Notes under the pieces: generated by a model
Told to the model about the DNA's origin: nothing
Databases searched by the model: none
Seen by the model: only the letters and a program-made list of their open reading frames with translations
Assembly (NCBI GenBank): GCA_002495885.1
Contig: DAHG01000025.1
Span: 84,353 to 148,352 of the forward strand
Direction of reading: 5' to 3'
Source: Methanocellaceae archaeon UBA148
Lineage (GTDB): Archaea; Halobacteriota; UBA148
DNA length: 64,000 nucleotides
Program-made: the position numbers and the translations under genes
Shown here: positions 31,873 through 43,041 of the stretch, one piece after another
Numbering within the stretch: the first letter of the stretch is position 1
Layout: each line of letters opens with the position of its first letter

Positions 31873-33654
31873 TTGCCACAAAGATTTAACATATTCTTGC
31901 CCATCTCTTGTGTGATGAGTGTAATATGTAAAACACCAACGAAGAAAATAGAGCTCCTAATTCCTGCTGGCAGTATGGCTAATCTGAAAGCAGCGGTTTC
32001 CAGAGGGGCTGACGCTGTTTATCTTGGAATGCAGAAGTTCACTGCAAGACACTTTGCGACTAATTTTAATGAGGAATACCTCAAGGAAGCCATCAGGATA
32101 TGTAAGTCAAATAATGTGAAGGTCGATTTGACTATGAACACCCTTGTTAAGAATGGCGAGATCAACGATTTTTTTAGACAATTATCTTTTGCTTATTCTT
32201 CTGGGATTGATGCGGTAATAATACAGGAGATTTCTTTTATTGAGTTTATTAAGAAAAATTTTCCGGATTTAAAAGTGCATATATCCACACAAGCAGGAGT
32301 AATGAACTCTTGCCATGTCAATCTGGTTTCCAATGCAGACAGAATAAACCTTGCCAGAGAATTGAGTAAAGAGGAAATAAAAGAAATAAGAAAGAATTAT
32401 CGTGGTGAATTAGAGATTTTTTGCCATGGCGCTTTGTGTGTTTCGGTTTCCGGAAGCTGTATTTTTTCAAGTTTTCTTGGCGGAAGAAGCGGTAATCGGG
32501 GAAAATGCGCACAACCTTGCAGAAAAAAATACAATGGAGACTATTACCTTTCTACAAAGGAGCTTTGCTTACTTAAAAAAATCCCAGAAATTATCGGTCT
32601 TGGTATGGATTCGATAAAAGTTGAGGGCAGGATGAGGACTCCTTACTATGTTGCGACCGTAACTGAAACTTACCGAAAAGCGATTGATGATTTTTATGAT
32701 GGCAATTTTAACATTACTGCTGAAATGATGAATAAGTTAGAGGGCGCTTTTTACAGGGGGTTTACAGAAGGCAAATTCAATTCTTTTGATATTTTTAACA
32801 GAGAAAAAGCAACCGGAGAGAGCAATATTTTGAATAAGGAAACTTACGAAGTTAAAATAAAAGATGTTAAAAGTGATAGGGAAAAGATCAAGATTTTATT
32901 TCCTGATTTTAAAACGGATATAATGGGAGGCGCTCCTAAAAAGTTGATGGTCAAGGTTTATAGTTACCGAGATGCGATTTCTGCTGCCAATAATGGGGCA
33001 GACATTGTTTATTATGATTTGTTTGCAGAAGATTTCTCCCAAGTGAAAAAAGAGATTAAATGTAAATTGTTTGGAGTAACTCCAAGAATAATGCTTGATA
33101 AAGATGTAGGCTTGATAAAGAAGAAAATCAATGAATTGAAACCGGATGGAATCTTAGCTGGAAATATAGGTAGTTTGGATTTGGGATTAAAGATCCCAAT
33201 TCACCTTGATTATAATGTCAATTGTTTTAATGATTCTGATTTGGAATATTTTTCTTCAAAAAATTCACTACCGATAATATCTCCTGAATTATCCTTAGGG
33301 GAAATGGCTGCTTTTAAGAACAGGAACTTTATAGCTTTTGTGCATGGGAAGATAAGATTGATGACTCTTAGACATGAACTTTCAGAGGGAATTATAAAAG
33401 ATGAAAAGGGAGGAAAATTTATCGTAAATCATATTTTTAATGGCAGTGAAATAATAAATGAGAAAGAGTTGGGATTATTAGGTAAGAGCCCACAATTAGT
33501 AAATTCCGGGATAAATAATTTCTTTATTGATACTGATGAGAAGGTAAGTGAGATAATAACGTTTTATAGGAGAGTTTTAGACGGAAAAAAAGTTGACGAC
33601 TATAAATTGAAAAGAAATTATGTTTTAGGTTGGAGTTTTAGGGGAGTTAGTTGA
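31873..33654 (+). CDS. Peptidase U32 family protein. The start may be the internal Met near 31915.
   Basis: 593 aa. The ELLIPAGSMANLKAAVSRGADAVYLG N-terminus and a Cys-rich central region are typical of U32/RlhA-like proteins. Confidence 0.75.
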   Translation: MPQRFNIFLPISCVMSVICKTPTKKIELLIPAGSMANLKAAVSRGADAVYLGMQKFTARHFATNFNEEYLKEAIRICKSNNVKVDLTMNTLVKNGEINDFFRQLSFAYSSGIDAVIIQEISFIEFIKKNFPDLKVHISTQAGVMNSCHVNLVSNADRINLARELSKEEIKEIRKNYRGELEIFCHGALCVSVSGSCIFSSFLGGRSGNRGKCAQPCRKKYNGDYYLSTKELCLLKKIPEIIGLGMDSIKVEGRMRTPYYVATVTETYRKAIDDFYDGNFNITAEMMNKLEGAFYRGFTEGKFNSFDIFNREKATGESNILNKETYEVKIKDVKSDREKIKILFPDFKTDIMGGAPKKLMVKVYSYRDAISAANNGADIVYYDLFAEDFSQVKKEIKCKLFGVTPRIMLDKDVGLIKKKINELKPDGILAGNIGSLDLGLKIPIHLDYNVNCFNDSDLEYFSSKNSLPIISPELSLGEMAAFKNRNFIAFVHGKIRLMTLRHELSEGIIKDEKGGKFIVNHIFNGSEIINEKELGLLGKSPQLVNSGINNFFIDTDEKVSEIITFYRRVLDGKKVDDYKLKRNYVLGWSFRGVS

Positions 33655-33832
33655 GCTATTTATCGGCGTTCACTACATTTCCTGCTTTCAACTTATGATG
33701 TTTGCATACAGTTAGTTTATCCTAACAGCGATAAATTTTATGATTTCTTTTCAATTCAATACGCACAAAATAGATTAATATTAAAAACAAATTTGACCGT
33801 AAGTATTTAACATCTCCTTCATCATCTCTTGT

Positions 33833-36208
33833 ATGATGGAAATTAGTGCTTGGCTGGTCGATGTTGATTACATAACCAAGGACGGTAAGGCAATAATCAG
33901 GCTTTGGTGCAAGGACGATGAAGGACGAAGTGTGATCGTCTTTGATCATGGATTTGAGCCCTATTTCTATGTGGTTGGTAATGCCAGCACCAGCATAGAT
34001 GAGATGATGAACATCAACGTAGAAAGGTATGATGAAGTCGTTCGACCGAAAAAGATTGAAAGCGTTGAGAGAAAAGATTTCGGCAAGAACGTGCGGGCCT
34101 TCAAAGTGATAGTAGAGCATCCTCAACACGTGCCAATTCTGCGCGATGGGTTCGGCGACCTAGATGTGCGAGAGGCAGACGTATTATTTGCAGTGAGATA
34201 CATCATCGACAAGGATTTGTATCCATTAGATGGAATCATAGCAAAAGGAGAGAGCGTTGGTGTCGGATACGCCGATGTGGGACTTGAGGCACAGGAAGTT
34301 AGAGCTCAAAAGAGGAAGGGGAATCCGGATCTCAAGATCATGGCATTCGACTGCGAGATGACTAACCCAAGTGGGATGCCAAATGCCGAGAGAGATCCAA
34401 TAATCATCATAAGCGTGGCTACAAATAGGGGCGATTTGAAAATACTGAGTTCAGAGGATGAATCTTCTGTTCTTAAAGAATTTATCGATTTCATACATAC
34501 ATACGATCCGGATATCATATGTGGTTACAACTCGGATAATTTTGACTGGCCATATGTCTATCAAAGAGCCAAGATCCACGATATACCGCTTAAATTGGGA
34601 AAAGACGGGGGCGCTCTACAAGTCCAAGGTGGTGTGATAAAAAGGGTCACTATGCCGGGGCGCCTGAACGTCGACCTATATCAGGCTGTTAGGCGAGACA
34701 TAGATGATGTTAAGGTTAAAACACTTGAGAACATCGCCGAATATTTAGGTGTGATGAAAAAATCTGAAAGAGTGGACCTGTCCCCTTCCGAGATTTATCG
34801 ATACTGGCAAGATCTCACGAAACGTGCCGAGCTTTATGAGTATGCAAGGGCAGATGTCGTCAGCACACTTGGGATAGCAGAGAAAATATTACCATTGCAA
34901 TATGTGTTCGCAAGGATGATCAGACAACCCCTGGATGAAGTATCAAAAATGGGGCGTGGTCGTCAAGTTGAGTCATTTTTGAGCGCAGAGGCGTTCAAAA
35001 CCGGAGACCTGGTACCGTCCAAAGGTGGGGTTGGTGAGACCTATGTGGGAGGCTTCGTGCTTGAGCCGAAGAAAGGTCTACACGAAAACGTGGTCTGTTT
35101 GGATTTTTCAGCAATGTATCCCTCGATAATGATCTCATTCAATATCTCTCCTGACACGGTTGTGCAAAGTGGGGATTATTATGAGGCTCCGGAAGTTAGG
35201 CACAGATTTAGAAAGGAGCCAGATGGTTTCTTCAAGCGAATTCTTAAGGACCTCGTGGGAAGGAGAAGTGAGCTGAAACGTGCACTGGGGGAACTAGAGA
35301 AGGGCTCACCAGAATATCAACTGATCGACATTCGTCAACAAGCGATCAAGATACTGACAAATGCATTTTATGGTTATACGGGTTGGTCTGCTGCGCGATG
35401 GTATCGAAAGGAGTGTGCAGAAGCCACCACTGCTTGGGGAAGATATTTCATCAAGGAATCTGTGAAAAAGGCAGAAGAAGTGGGCTTAGAAGTCATATAT
35501 GGTGATACGGACAGCCTGTTCGTCAAAGCAAAAGGAGAGAACGTACTAGAGACGGCAGAGAGGTTTGCCCGAGCCGTATCCAAAGATTTACCATTGGAAC
35601 TTGATATCCAAAACCTCTACAAGGTGATTTTCTTTACGGAAAAGAAGAAGCGTTATGCTGGGCTGACTTCTGAAGGCGATATCATAGTCAAGGGGCTTGA
35701 AATTAGGAGGGGGGATTGGTGTGATTTGGCAAAAGAAATACAAGAGAAAGTGGTCCAGATAATTCTCCAAGAGAGGGACCCCTATAAAGCAGTACGATTG
35801 GTCCAAGATACAGTTCAGTTGTTAAAGGACGGAAAAATACCACTGGAAAAACTCATAATATACAAAACACTAACGAAGAAAATGGACTCCTATGAATCCC
35901 AACAGGCCCATGTAAGAGCAGCAAGGAGAATCAAAAAGCCAGTAGAAGCTGGCATGAAGATAGCATATGTCATCATTCGCGGATCGGGAAGTATTGGAGA
36001 CAGAGCTTATCCAGTCGACATGTTCAGGGGTCATAAAAACGGATTTCTGATTGGAGACGATGGAGGGTATGATATAGATTCAGATTACTACGTGGAGAAT
36101 CAGATCATCCCGGCAACTTCCAGAATACTCTCTTATTTTGGATACTCTAATGCTGAACTGAAAGGTCAGCCAAAACAGGCAACGTTCGATATCTTTCAGA
36201 GGGAATAA
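33833..36208 (+). CDS. polB: DNA polymerase B (family B replicative polymerase). No intein.
   Basis: 791 aa. Exonuclease motif I (FDCEMT) and polymerase motif C (YGDTDS). Confidence 0.9.
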   Translation: MMEISAWLVDVDYITKDGKAIIRLWCKDDEGRSVIVFDHGFEPYFYVVGNASTSIDEMMNINVERYDEVVRPKKIESVERKDFGKNVRAFKVIVEHPQHVPILRDGFGDLDVREADVLFAVRYIIDKDLYPLDGIIAKGESVGVGYADVGLEAQEVRAQKRKGNPDLKIMAFDCEMTNPSGMPNAERDPIIIISVATNRGDLKILSSEDESSVLKEFIDFIHTYDPDIICGYNSDNFDWPYVYQRAKIHDIPLKLGKDGGALQVQGGVIKRVTMPGRLNVDLYQAVRRDIDDVKVKTLENIAEYLGVMKKSERVDLSPSEIYRYWQDLTKRAELYEYARADVVSTLGIAEKILPLQYVFARMIRQPLDEVSKMGRGRQVESFLSAEAFKTGDLVPSKGGVGETYVGGFVLEPKKGLHENVVCLDFSAMYPSIMISFNISPDTVVQSGDYYEAPEVRHRFRKEPDGFFKRILKDLVGRRSELKRALGELEKGSPEYQLIDIRQQAIKILTNAFYGYTGWSAARWYRKECAEATTAWGRYFIKESVKKAEEVGLEVIYGDTDSLFVKAKGENVLETAERFARAVSKDLPLELDIQNLYKVIFFTEKKKRYAGLTSEGDIIVKGLEIRRGDWCDLAKEIQEKVVQIILQERDPYKAVRLVQDTVQLLKDGKIPLEKLIIYKTLTKKMDSYESQQAHVRAARRIKKPVEAGMKIAYVIIRGSGSIGDRAYPVDMFRGHKNGFLIGDDGGYDIDSDYYVENQIIPATSRILSYFGYSNAELKGQPKQATFDIFQRE

Positions 36209-36418
36209 ATGTACTTGCTAATCCGCTGTAAATGTGGGAGATTTCTCTATGCTAACAAAAACCAAAAGACCCGTTCATGTCCTTGCGGGAAAATATTAAA
36301 GATAAATAAAATGCAGGTATATGCACGTGTTAGAACCGAGCAGGAAGCCGGAGAAGCAGTACGAATTTTACAAGAAAAAGAGTTTGGGGTGCCTGGATTC
36401 AGGCGATACGACATATGA
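36209..36418 (+). CDS. Small zinc-ribbon protein
   Basis: 69 aa. C-x-C...C-x-C (CKCGRF...SCPCGK). Its start abuts the polB stop. Confidence 0.4.
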   Translation: MYLLIRCKCGRFLYANKNQKTRSCPCGKILKINKMQVYARVRTEQEAGEAVRILQEKEFGVPGFRRYDI

Positions 36419-38142
36419 AGAAAATTATCAGAAAGCCAGATAAATTTAGGGTAAAGCCCAACATGGAGAACTATGAAGAGACGTACAAAAAGTTTGAGTG
36501 GAATAATTTTTACGATGAAATAGAGTGGTTTGAAGGAGAAAAGCTCAACGCCGCCTACAATGCGATAGACAGACAAACCAAGACAGGGAGGAAGGACAAA
36601 GTTGCATTGTGTTGTGAGGGAGGCAATGGAACGAGTGGAGAGTACAGCTTTTTAGACTTACAAAATCTTTCAAATAAATTCGCCAATGTTCTGAAGGAAT
36701 ATGGTACCCAAAGAGGAGATAGGGTTTTTATATTCTTGCCGAGAATTCTAGAGCTTTACGTAAGTTTTCTTGGCATAATAAAAACAGGCGCTATTGCCAG
36801 CAATCTGTTTTCAGCATTTGGTACAAATGCTTTAGAGGATAGGCTGAGGAATAGCAGTGCAAGGATGCTAGTCACAAATTCTGAACTTAAACAAAGGGTG
36901 GACGAAATTAAAGACAAGCTTCCAGAGCTGAAGCACGTGATGATCGTAGATGATGAAGGCACGGACGAAGAAATAGATTATAGGGGTGAGATGAAAATGG
37001 CTTCCAGAGATTTTGAAATAGAGCGAATGGACCCAGGAGATCCTTTGTTCATGCTCTACACGTCTGGTACCACCGGAAAGCCAAAGGGAATAGTTCATAC
37101 ACACTACGCAATACTCCAAGAGCATCTTACCATGAAATGGGTTCTAGACATACACGAGGAGGATATATACTGGTGCACGGCCGACCCGGGATGGGTAACG
37201 GGGATAGCATACGGCATTCTTGGATCATGGTCCAATGGAACTTCATCTGTCGTTTATGAAGGCAAATTCTCTCCGGAAAAATGGTACTCTTTAATAGAGA
37301 AACACCGGGTTACGGTATGGTATACAGCCCCCACAGCCATAAGGATGCTGATGCATGCTGGAGAAGGGGTCGCAAAGAATTACGATCTAAAGAGTCTTAG
37401 ACATTTATGTTCAGTAGGAGAGCCCTTGAATCCAGAGGCAATATATTGGGCTCTTAAGGTATTTGGACTGCCATTTCATGATAACTGGTGGCAGACCGAA
37501 ACCGGAGGCATACTTATAGCAAATTATCCAACTATGTCCATAAAACCAGGCTCGATGGGAAAGCCATTTCCTGGGATCAAAGCCGGTATCGTAGACGACG
37601 ATGGCAACGAAAGACCAGTAGGAAAGGAAGGTAACCTAGCCATAAAACCTCCTTGGCCATCGATGATGAAAGCTGTCTGGAGAAATGCAGAAAAGTATGG
37701 AAGCTATTTCAAGAAAGGGTGGTACATTACCGGTGACATGGCACGCATGGATGATGAGGGTTATTTCTGGTTTATAGGTAGGGCAGACGATATCATCAAA
37801 ACTGCTGGTGAGCGAGTCGGACCATTCGAGGTAGAAAGCGCATTAGTCGAACATCCTGCAATTGTGGAAGCAGGAGTGATAGGCAAGCCAGATCCTGTAA
37901 GAGGAGAGATCATAAAAGCCTTCGTTTCCCTAAAAAAAGGCTATCAACCGTCCACAGAACTCGAGGACGATATCAAAAAATTCGTCAAGAAACGACTGGC
38001 GGGCCATGCATATCCGCGAGAGATTGAGTTCAGAGAGGACTTACCAAAAACGCGGAGTGGCAAGATAATGCGTCGTCTTCTCAAAGCACAGGATCTAGGA
38101 CTTCCGATAGGCGATACATCGACATTAGAAGAGAGCCGATGA
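36415..38142 (+). CDS. AMP-forming acyl-CoA synthetase (acetyl-CoA synthetase-like)
   Basis: 575 aa. AMP-binding motif YTSGTTGKPKG and an adenylate-forming domain. Shorter than canonical Acs. Confidence 0.75.
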   Translation: MKKIIRKPDKFRVKPNMENYEETYKKFEWNNFYDEIEWFEGEKLNAAYNAIDRQTKTGRKDKVALCCEGGNGTSGEYSFLDLQNLSNKFANVLKEYGTQRGDRVFIFLPRILELYVSFLGIIKTGAIASNLFSAFGTNALEDRLRNSSARMLVTNSELKQRVDEIKDKLPELKHVMIVDDEGTDEEIDYRGEMKMASRDFEIERMDPGDPLFMLYTSGTTGKPKGIVHTHYAILQEHLTMKWVLDIHEEDIYWCTADPGWVTGIAYGILGSWSNGTSSVVYEGKFSPEKWYSLIEKHRVTVWYTAPTAIRMLMHAGEGVAKNYDLKSLRHLCSVGEPLNPEAIYWALKVFGLPFHDNWWQTETGGILIANYPTMSIKPGSMGKPFPGIKAGIVDDDGNERPVGKEGNLAIKPPWPSMMKAVWRNAEKYGSYFKKGWYITGDMARMDDEGYFWFIGRADDIIKTAGERVGPFEVESALVEHPAIVEAGVIGKPDPVRGEIIKAFVSLKKGYQPSTELEDDIKKFVKKRLAGHAYPREIEFREDLPKTRSGKIMRRLLKAQDLGLPIGDTSTLEESR

Positions 38143-38244
38143 TGCAAGTGTTATGGATGATCATGAGATGAGGTGTTTCTGAATTTTTCACAACATTGTA
38201 ATCTTTTAATAGGTATTTATTGATATAATATTAGAGGTGCTGCA

Positions 38245-38739
38245 ATGAAAGATATGGTCATCATTTTAATGGGCTCGAATAAAGACCTGAACTTCTCTAG
38301 CTCAATCGGAAGGACATTAGATAATCTTGGAGTCAAGTATGAGTTTAGAGCGGCCTCTGCCCACAAAACCCCAAGAAAGGTCTTAGATATATTGGAGGAG
38401 TACGACAAGCTAGAAAGGGTAGTGTATATCACTGTTGCCGGACGGTCTAATGCACTTAGCGGTCTCGTGGATGCAAATACAACCAAGCCAGTCATAGCAT
38501 GTCCCCTCTACTCTGAAAAATTTGGTGGAGCTGATATATATTCTTCTTTAAGAGTGCCAAGTGGCATAGGCTCACTGGTCAACATAGAGCCAGAGGGGGC
38601 AGCCATAGCAGCTGCAAAAATACTTGCCATAGGCAACAAAGGCTTAACTGAGAAGATACAAGAGTATCAAATGAAAAAGAGAGAGGAGATTAACGCTGCA
38701 GATGATACCCTCAAAGATGATTTAAATAGAGGGCAATAA
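38245..38739 (+). CDS. purE: N5-carboxyaminoimidazole ribonucleotide mutase / AIR carboxylase catalytic subunit
   Basis: 164 aa. GSNKDL...SAHKTP PurE signature. Confidence 0.8.
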   Translation: MKDMVIILMGSNKDLNFSSSIGRTLDNLGVKYEFRAASAHKTPRKVLDILEEYDKLERVVYITVAGRSNALSGLVDANTTKPVIACPLYSEKFGGADIYSSLRVPSGIGSLVNIEPEGAAIAAAKILAIGNKGLTEKIQEYQMKKREEINAADDTLKDDLNRGQ

Positions 38740-39771
38740 ATGGGCAGCGTAAAAGACCTGGAAATACTAAGGAAACCCACGAAGGACAAGAGGGGCATAG
38801 GAAGATTTCATTTTTCAGATAAATATTCGGTCTTTGATTGGGGAGAGATGCCGGACCTTATAGAAAATAAAGGGTCCGTCCTCTGTATGATGGGTGCTTA
38901 CTTTTTTGAGAGATTAGAAGAAAAAGGGATAAAGACACACTACCGAGGAGTTATACAGGATGGAAAACTTGTTCAGATGGATGAATTGAAAGTCCCCGCC
39001 AGCACCATGGAAATAAGCCTTGTGAGAGTATTTCACCCAAAGGCCCACAGATTGGCCGGAAAACTTGCATACGATTATGATGTGTTCTCACCAAATCTTG
39101 CTAATTTCTTGATTCCCTTGGAGATCATATACAGGAATGGATTGCCAAAAGGATCATCTGTTTTTGAGAGACTGAATGCGGGGCTTAAGCCCGAGGATTT
39201 GGGATTGAACCACCCTCCTCGACCGGGAGATAAGCTCAAAAAACCAGTATTCGATGTAAGCACAAAACTGGAGGAGAGGGACAGATACGTCACTTGGGTA
39301 GAAGCACAAGAACTTGCCGGACTGAGTGACGGAGAGGTTAGAGAGATAAAAAATATACTGTTACATATCGACGAACTCATCACCGAAACAGCCTCAAAAG
39401 CAGGATTAGAAAACGAGGATGGAAAAGTTGAGTTTGGATTTGATCCCCACAGAAAGCCGATGGTTGTAGATGTTGTTGGAACTTTAGATGAATGTAGATT
39501 CACCTATAAAGGCATACATGTGAGCAAAGAGATCGCGAGGCAATATTACAAAGAAACAAGCTGGTACAAGGATGTGGAGAGGGCGAAGAAAGAGGCAAGC
39601 ATTAAGGGGATAAAGGAATGGAAATCCCTATGTGAATCAAAGCCCCAAAAACTGGATCCCAATCTGAGAAAAGTGATAAGCGAAATGTATATGGCAGCAG
39701 CAAATGAACTTACCGGATTTCACTTATTTGAAGTTCAAAGGCTTGCTGAAATTCTCGATAGTCTTGCGTAG
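38740..39771 (+). CDS. purC: Phosphoribosylaminoimidazole-succinocarboxamide synthase (long type)
   Basis: 343 aa SAICAR synthetase family. The start is coupled to the purE stop. Confidence 0.75.
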   Translation: MGSVKDLEILRKPTKDKRGIGRFHFSDKYSVFDWGEMPDLIENKGSVLCMMGAYFFERLEEKGIKTHYRGVIQDGKLVQMDELKVPASTMEISLVRVFHPKAHRLAGKLAYDYDVFSPNLANFLIPLEIIYRNGLPKGSSVFERLNAGLKPEDLGLNHPPRPGDKLKKPVFDVSTKLEERDRYVTWVEAQELAGLSDGEVREIKNILLHIDELITETASKAGLENEDGKVEFGFDPHRKPMVVDVVGTLDECRFTYKGIHVSKEIARQYYKETSWYKDVERAKKEASIKGIKEWKSLCESKPQKLDPNLRKVISEMYMAAANELTGFHLFEVQRLAEILDSLA

Positions 39772-39825
39772 GTTCCTTTTATCCCCTGTCCCTATAAAAA
39801 AAGCTAGTTTAACAACTAAACAAAA

Positions 39826-42800
39826 TTATCCGCCGTAGTACTCTTGGAGGGATTTGATGGTTATGTCTTTTGTTCCCCCTATTTTTTCCATGGCCTCCAC
39901 TGATGCTTGTGCACCAGCGATGGTCGTTATATACGGAATGTTGAGTTCCACCGCATTCCTTCTTATCACATAACCGTCTCTCTTCGCCTCTTTTTTCCTG
40001 CTTGGCGTATTAATCACCAGTGATATCTTTCTGCTCTTCATATAGTCCACGACGTTTGGTCTGCCTTCACTGACCTTGAGAATTTCTTTGGCCCTGACAC
40101 CCTCCTGTCTCAACGCTTCCGCAGTTCCGTTTGTAGCAAATATGTCGAACCCCATTTGTTGAAGCTTTTTGGCAACAGGAATGATGAGGTCTTTGTCTTC
40201 TTCTTTTACAGATAAAAAAACGTCCCCTTTCGCAGGTAATCGCATGTTTGCACCCAACTGCGCTTTATAGAACGCCCTTCCAAAATCCACATCAATCCCC
40301 ATGGCCTCTCCCGTGGACTTCATCTCGGGCCCTAATACCGGGTCTACCCCAGGCAATTTTATGAAAGGAAACACCACCTCTTTCACTGCAACGTGCCCTA
40401 TGGGCGGGAGTCCTACATAGGTTTTTGGGAGCGATTGACCCAGCATAACTTTAGCAGCAAGTTTGGCCAAGGGTATGCCAACCGCCTTGGAAATGAATGG
40501 AATCGTCCTGCTTGCTCTTGGGTTCACCTCAAGAACATATACCTTATCTTTTACTGCATATTGGATATTCATCAGGCCTTTCACACAAATCTCTCTCGCC
40601 AGCCTGGTGGTATATTCTTTCACAATTTGGATCGTCTCATCGCTCAGAGACTGTGGGGGCACCACACATGCGCTATCACCGGAGTGAATCCCTGCATGCT
40701 CTATATGCTCCATTATTCCCCCTATCAACACATTCTCCCCGTCTGAAACAGCATCCACGTCCAGCTCAATCGCAGGTTGTAGAAACTTATCTATGAGTAC
40801 GGGGTGTTTCGGTGACACACGCACAGCTTCTGCCATATATATGTCAAGCTCTTTTTGATCGTAGACGACCTCCATAGCCCTCCCCCCCAGGACGTAGGAA
40901 GGGCGTACAAGGACGGGGTAATTTATACGAGAAGCTATTTTTCTGGCTTCCTCGAGAGACATGGCAGTTCCAGATTCTGCTTGAGGAATGCCCAGACGCT
41001 CCAAAAGTAGTCTAAATTTACCCCTATCCTCTGCCAAGTCTATGCTCTCATACGGTGTTCCAAGGATTTTCACTCCTGCCATCGAAAGTTGTTCGGCGAG
41101 ATTGATTGGTGTTTGGCCCCCAAACTGGACCATTACCCCATAGGGGTCTTCTCTCTCTATGACGTTCATCACATCCTCAAAGGTGAGGGGTTCAAAATAT
41201 AATTTATCCGATATGTCGAAATCTGTCGATACCGTCTCAGGATTGTTGTTTATCACGATGGTCTCTACACCTTCTTCTTTTAGCGCAAATACCGCGTGGA
41301 CCGTGCAATAATCAAACTCTATTCCTTGCCCTATTCTGATCGGCCCGCCCCCCAGTATGATGACCTTCTTTTTATCTGAGGAAACGATTTCGTCCTCCTC
41401 CTCATAGGATGAATAGTAATAAGGTGTACGGGCTTCAAACTCTGCTGCGCAAGTGTCAACCATCTTGTAGACCGCTTTGATACCTTTCTTCTTCCTGAGT
41501 TCTCTTATGGTAATCTCATCAGATCTGAAAATATGTGCAAGTTGCAAATCAGAAAAACCAAGCTTCTTCGCCTCTTTGATCGTCATAAATACGTCGGGGC
41601 TGTCCAACGAAAGATTTCTGAGCTCTCTCTCCATAGAGATGATGTTTCGAATTTTGTACAAAAACCATCGATCGATCTTGGTTAGATCATATATCTCATC
41701 TATGCCCATCCCCATGGCAATGGCGTCTCTGACATGAAAGATCCTCATGTCTGTGGGTTTTCTCAACTTCGTGCGGAGGTCCTCCGCATCTGTTATCGGC
41801 TCAGATTCTCCGTCTGCCCCCAGCCCATATCTCCCTGTATCAAGAGACCTGATCGCCTTTTGTAGGGCTTCCTCGAACATGCGCCCGATTGCCATCACTT
41901 CGCCGGTCGCCTTCATCTGCGTCCCAATGATCTTGTTTGCCTCTTTGAATTTATCAAAAGGCCATCTCGGAATCTTGCAAACGATATAATCTATCGTGGG
42001 CTCAAACGAAGCAGGCGTTTTTCCCGTCACTCTGTTCAGTATCTCATCGAGATTTAAACCAAGCGCAATCTTTGTGGCGACCCTTGCTATCGGATATCCT
42101 GTTGCTTTTGACGCGAGAGCAGAACTCCTGCTTAGCCTCGGATTCACCTCTATGACAAAATAATCGAACTTGTCCGGGCGTACTGCAAACTGAATGTTGC
42201 AGCCTCCCTCAACCTTTAAAGCTCTTACTATCCTTATAGCAGCGTTTCTCAATATGTGGTATTCACGATCAGTCAATGTCAGCACAGGAGCAACCACTAT
42301 GCTATCGCCCGTATGTATCCCCATGGGATCAACGTTTTCCATGCTGCAGATCGTAATGCAGTTGTCTGCTGAATCCCTGACCATTTCGAACTCGATCTCT
42401 TTCCACCCTATCACGCATTGATCAAGATTTACCTCGCTATTCATACTGAGGTCAAGACCCCTCATCGTAATCTGCTCGAGCTCCACCATATTGTAAGCGA
42501 TGCCGGTTCCGGTGCCTCCAAGGCAATAGCCCGGTCGAATGATTACAGGAAAACCAATCTCTTCCGCACCTTTCTTTGCCTCCTCCAGAGAAGAAGCTTT
42601 TATCGATTTCGGGACGGGCTCACCCACGTCCTTCATGAGATCGAAAAACAGCTCCCTTTCTTCCGCCCTCATGATCGACTCTACAGAGGTTCCTATCACC
42701 CGACAGCCGGTCTCTTTTAGGACTCCCGTTTTATGCAATTGAACTGCAAGATTTAGGCCTGTCTGCCCCCCTTGTGTTGGAAGCAGGCTATCTGGCCTTT

Positions 42801-43041
42801 CTTTCCTTATTATCTCGGCGACTATCTCCAGAGTGAGCGGCTCGATGTAAACTTTGTCAGCAACGCCCACATCGGTCTGAAAGGTTGCAGGATTCGAGTT
42901 TACCAGAACGATCTCTACGCCCTCTTCTCTCAGCGAACGACATGCTTGCGACCCAGAGTAGTCAAACTCCGCTGCTTGACCTATTATGATCGGTCCGGAG
43001 CCTATCACCAGGACTTTTTTTATATTCTCTCTCTTAGGCAT
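39826..43041 (-). CDS. carB: Carbamoyl-phosphate synthase large subunit
   Basis: 1071 aa. Two ATP-grasp halves plus an MGS-like C-terminal domain. Confidence 0.92.
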   Translation of the reverse strand: MPKRENIKKVLVIGSGPIIIGQAAEFDYSGSQACRSLREEGVEIVLVNSNPATFQTDVGVADKVYIEPLTLEIVAEIIRKERPDSLLPTQGGQTGLNLAVQLHKTGVLKETGCRVIGTSVESIMRAEERELFFDLMKDVGEPVPKSIKASSLEEAKKGAEEIGFPVIIRPGYCLGGTGTGIAYNMVELEQITMRGLDLSMNSEVNLDQCVIGWKEIEFEMVRDSADNCITICSMENVDPMGIHTGDSIVVAPVLTLTDREYHILRNAAIRIVRALKVEGGCNIQFAVRPDKFDYFVIEVNPRLSRSSALASKATGYPIARVATKIALGLNLDEILNRVTGKTPASFEPTIDYIVCKIPRWPFDKFKEANKIIGTQMKATGEVMAIGRMFEEALQKAIRSLDTGRYGLGADGESEPITDAEDLRTKLRKPTDMRIFHVRDAIAMGMGIDEIYDLTKIDRWFLYKIRNIISMERELRNLSLDSPDVFMTIKEAKKLGFSDLQLAHIFRSDEITIRELRKKKGIKAVYKMVDTCAAEFEARTPYYYSSYEEEDEIVSSDKKKVIILGGGPIRIGQGIEFDYCTVHAVFALKEEGVETIVINNNPETVSTDFDISDKLYFEPLTFEDVMNVIEREDPYGVMVQFGGQTPINLAEQLSMAGVKILGTPYESIDLAEDRGKFRLLLERLGIPQAESGTAMSLEEARKIASRINYPVLVRPSYVLGGRAMEVVYDQKELDIYMAEAVRVSPKHPVLIDKFLQPAIELDVDAVSDGENVLIGGIMEHIEHAGIHSGDSACVVPPQSLSDETIQIVKEYTTRLAREICVKGLMNIQYAVKDKVYVLEVNPRASRTIPFISKAVGIPLAKLAAKVMLGQSLPKTYVGLPPIGHVAVKEVVFPFIKLPGVDPVLGPEMKSTGEAMGIDVDFGRAFYKAQLGANMRLPAKGDVFLSVKEEDKDLIIPVAKKLQQMGFDIFATNGTAEALRQEGVRAKEILKVSEGRPNVVDYMKSRKISLVINTPSRKKEAKRDGYVIRRNAVELNIPYITTIAGAQASVEAMEKIGGTKDITIKSLQEYYGG

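Noticed and set aside
40393-42742. Several 60-117 aa + ORFs
   Set aside because: They are antisense to carB.
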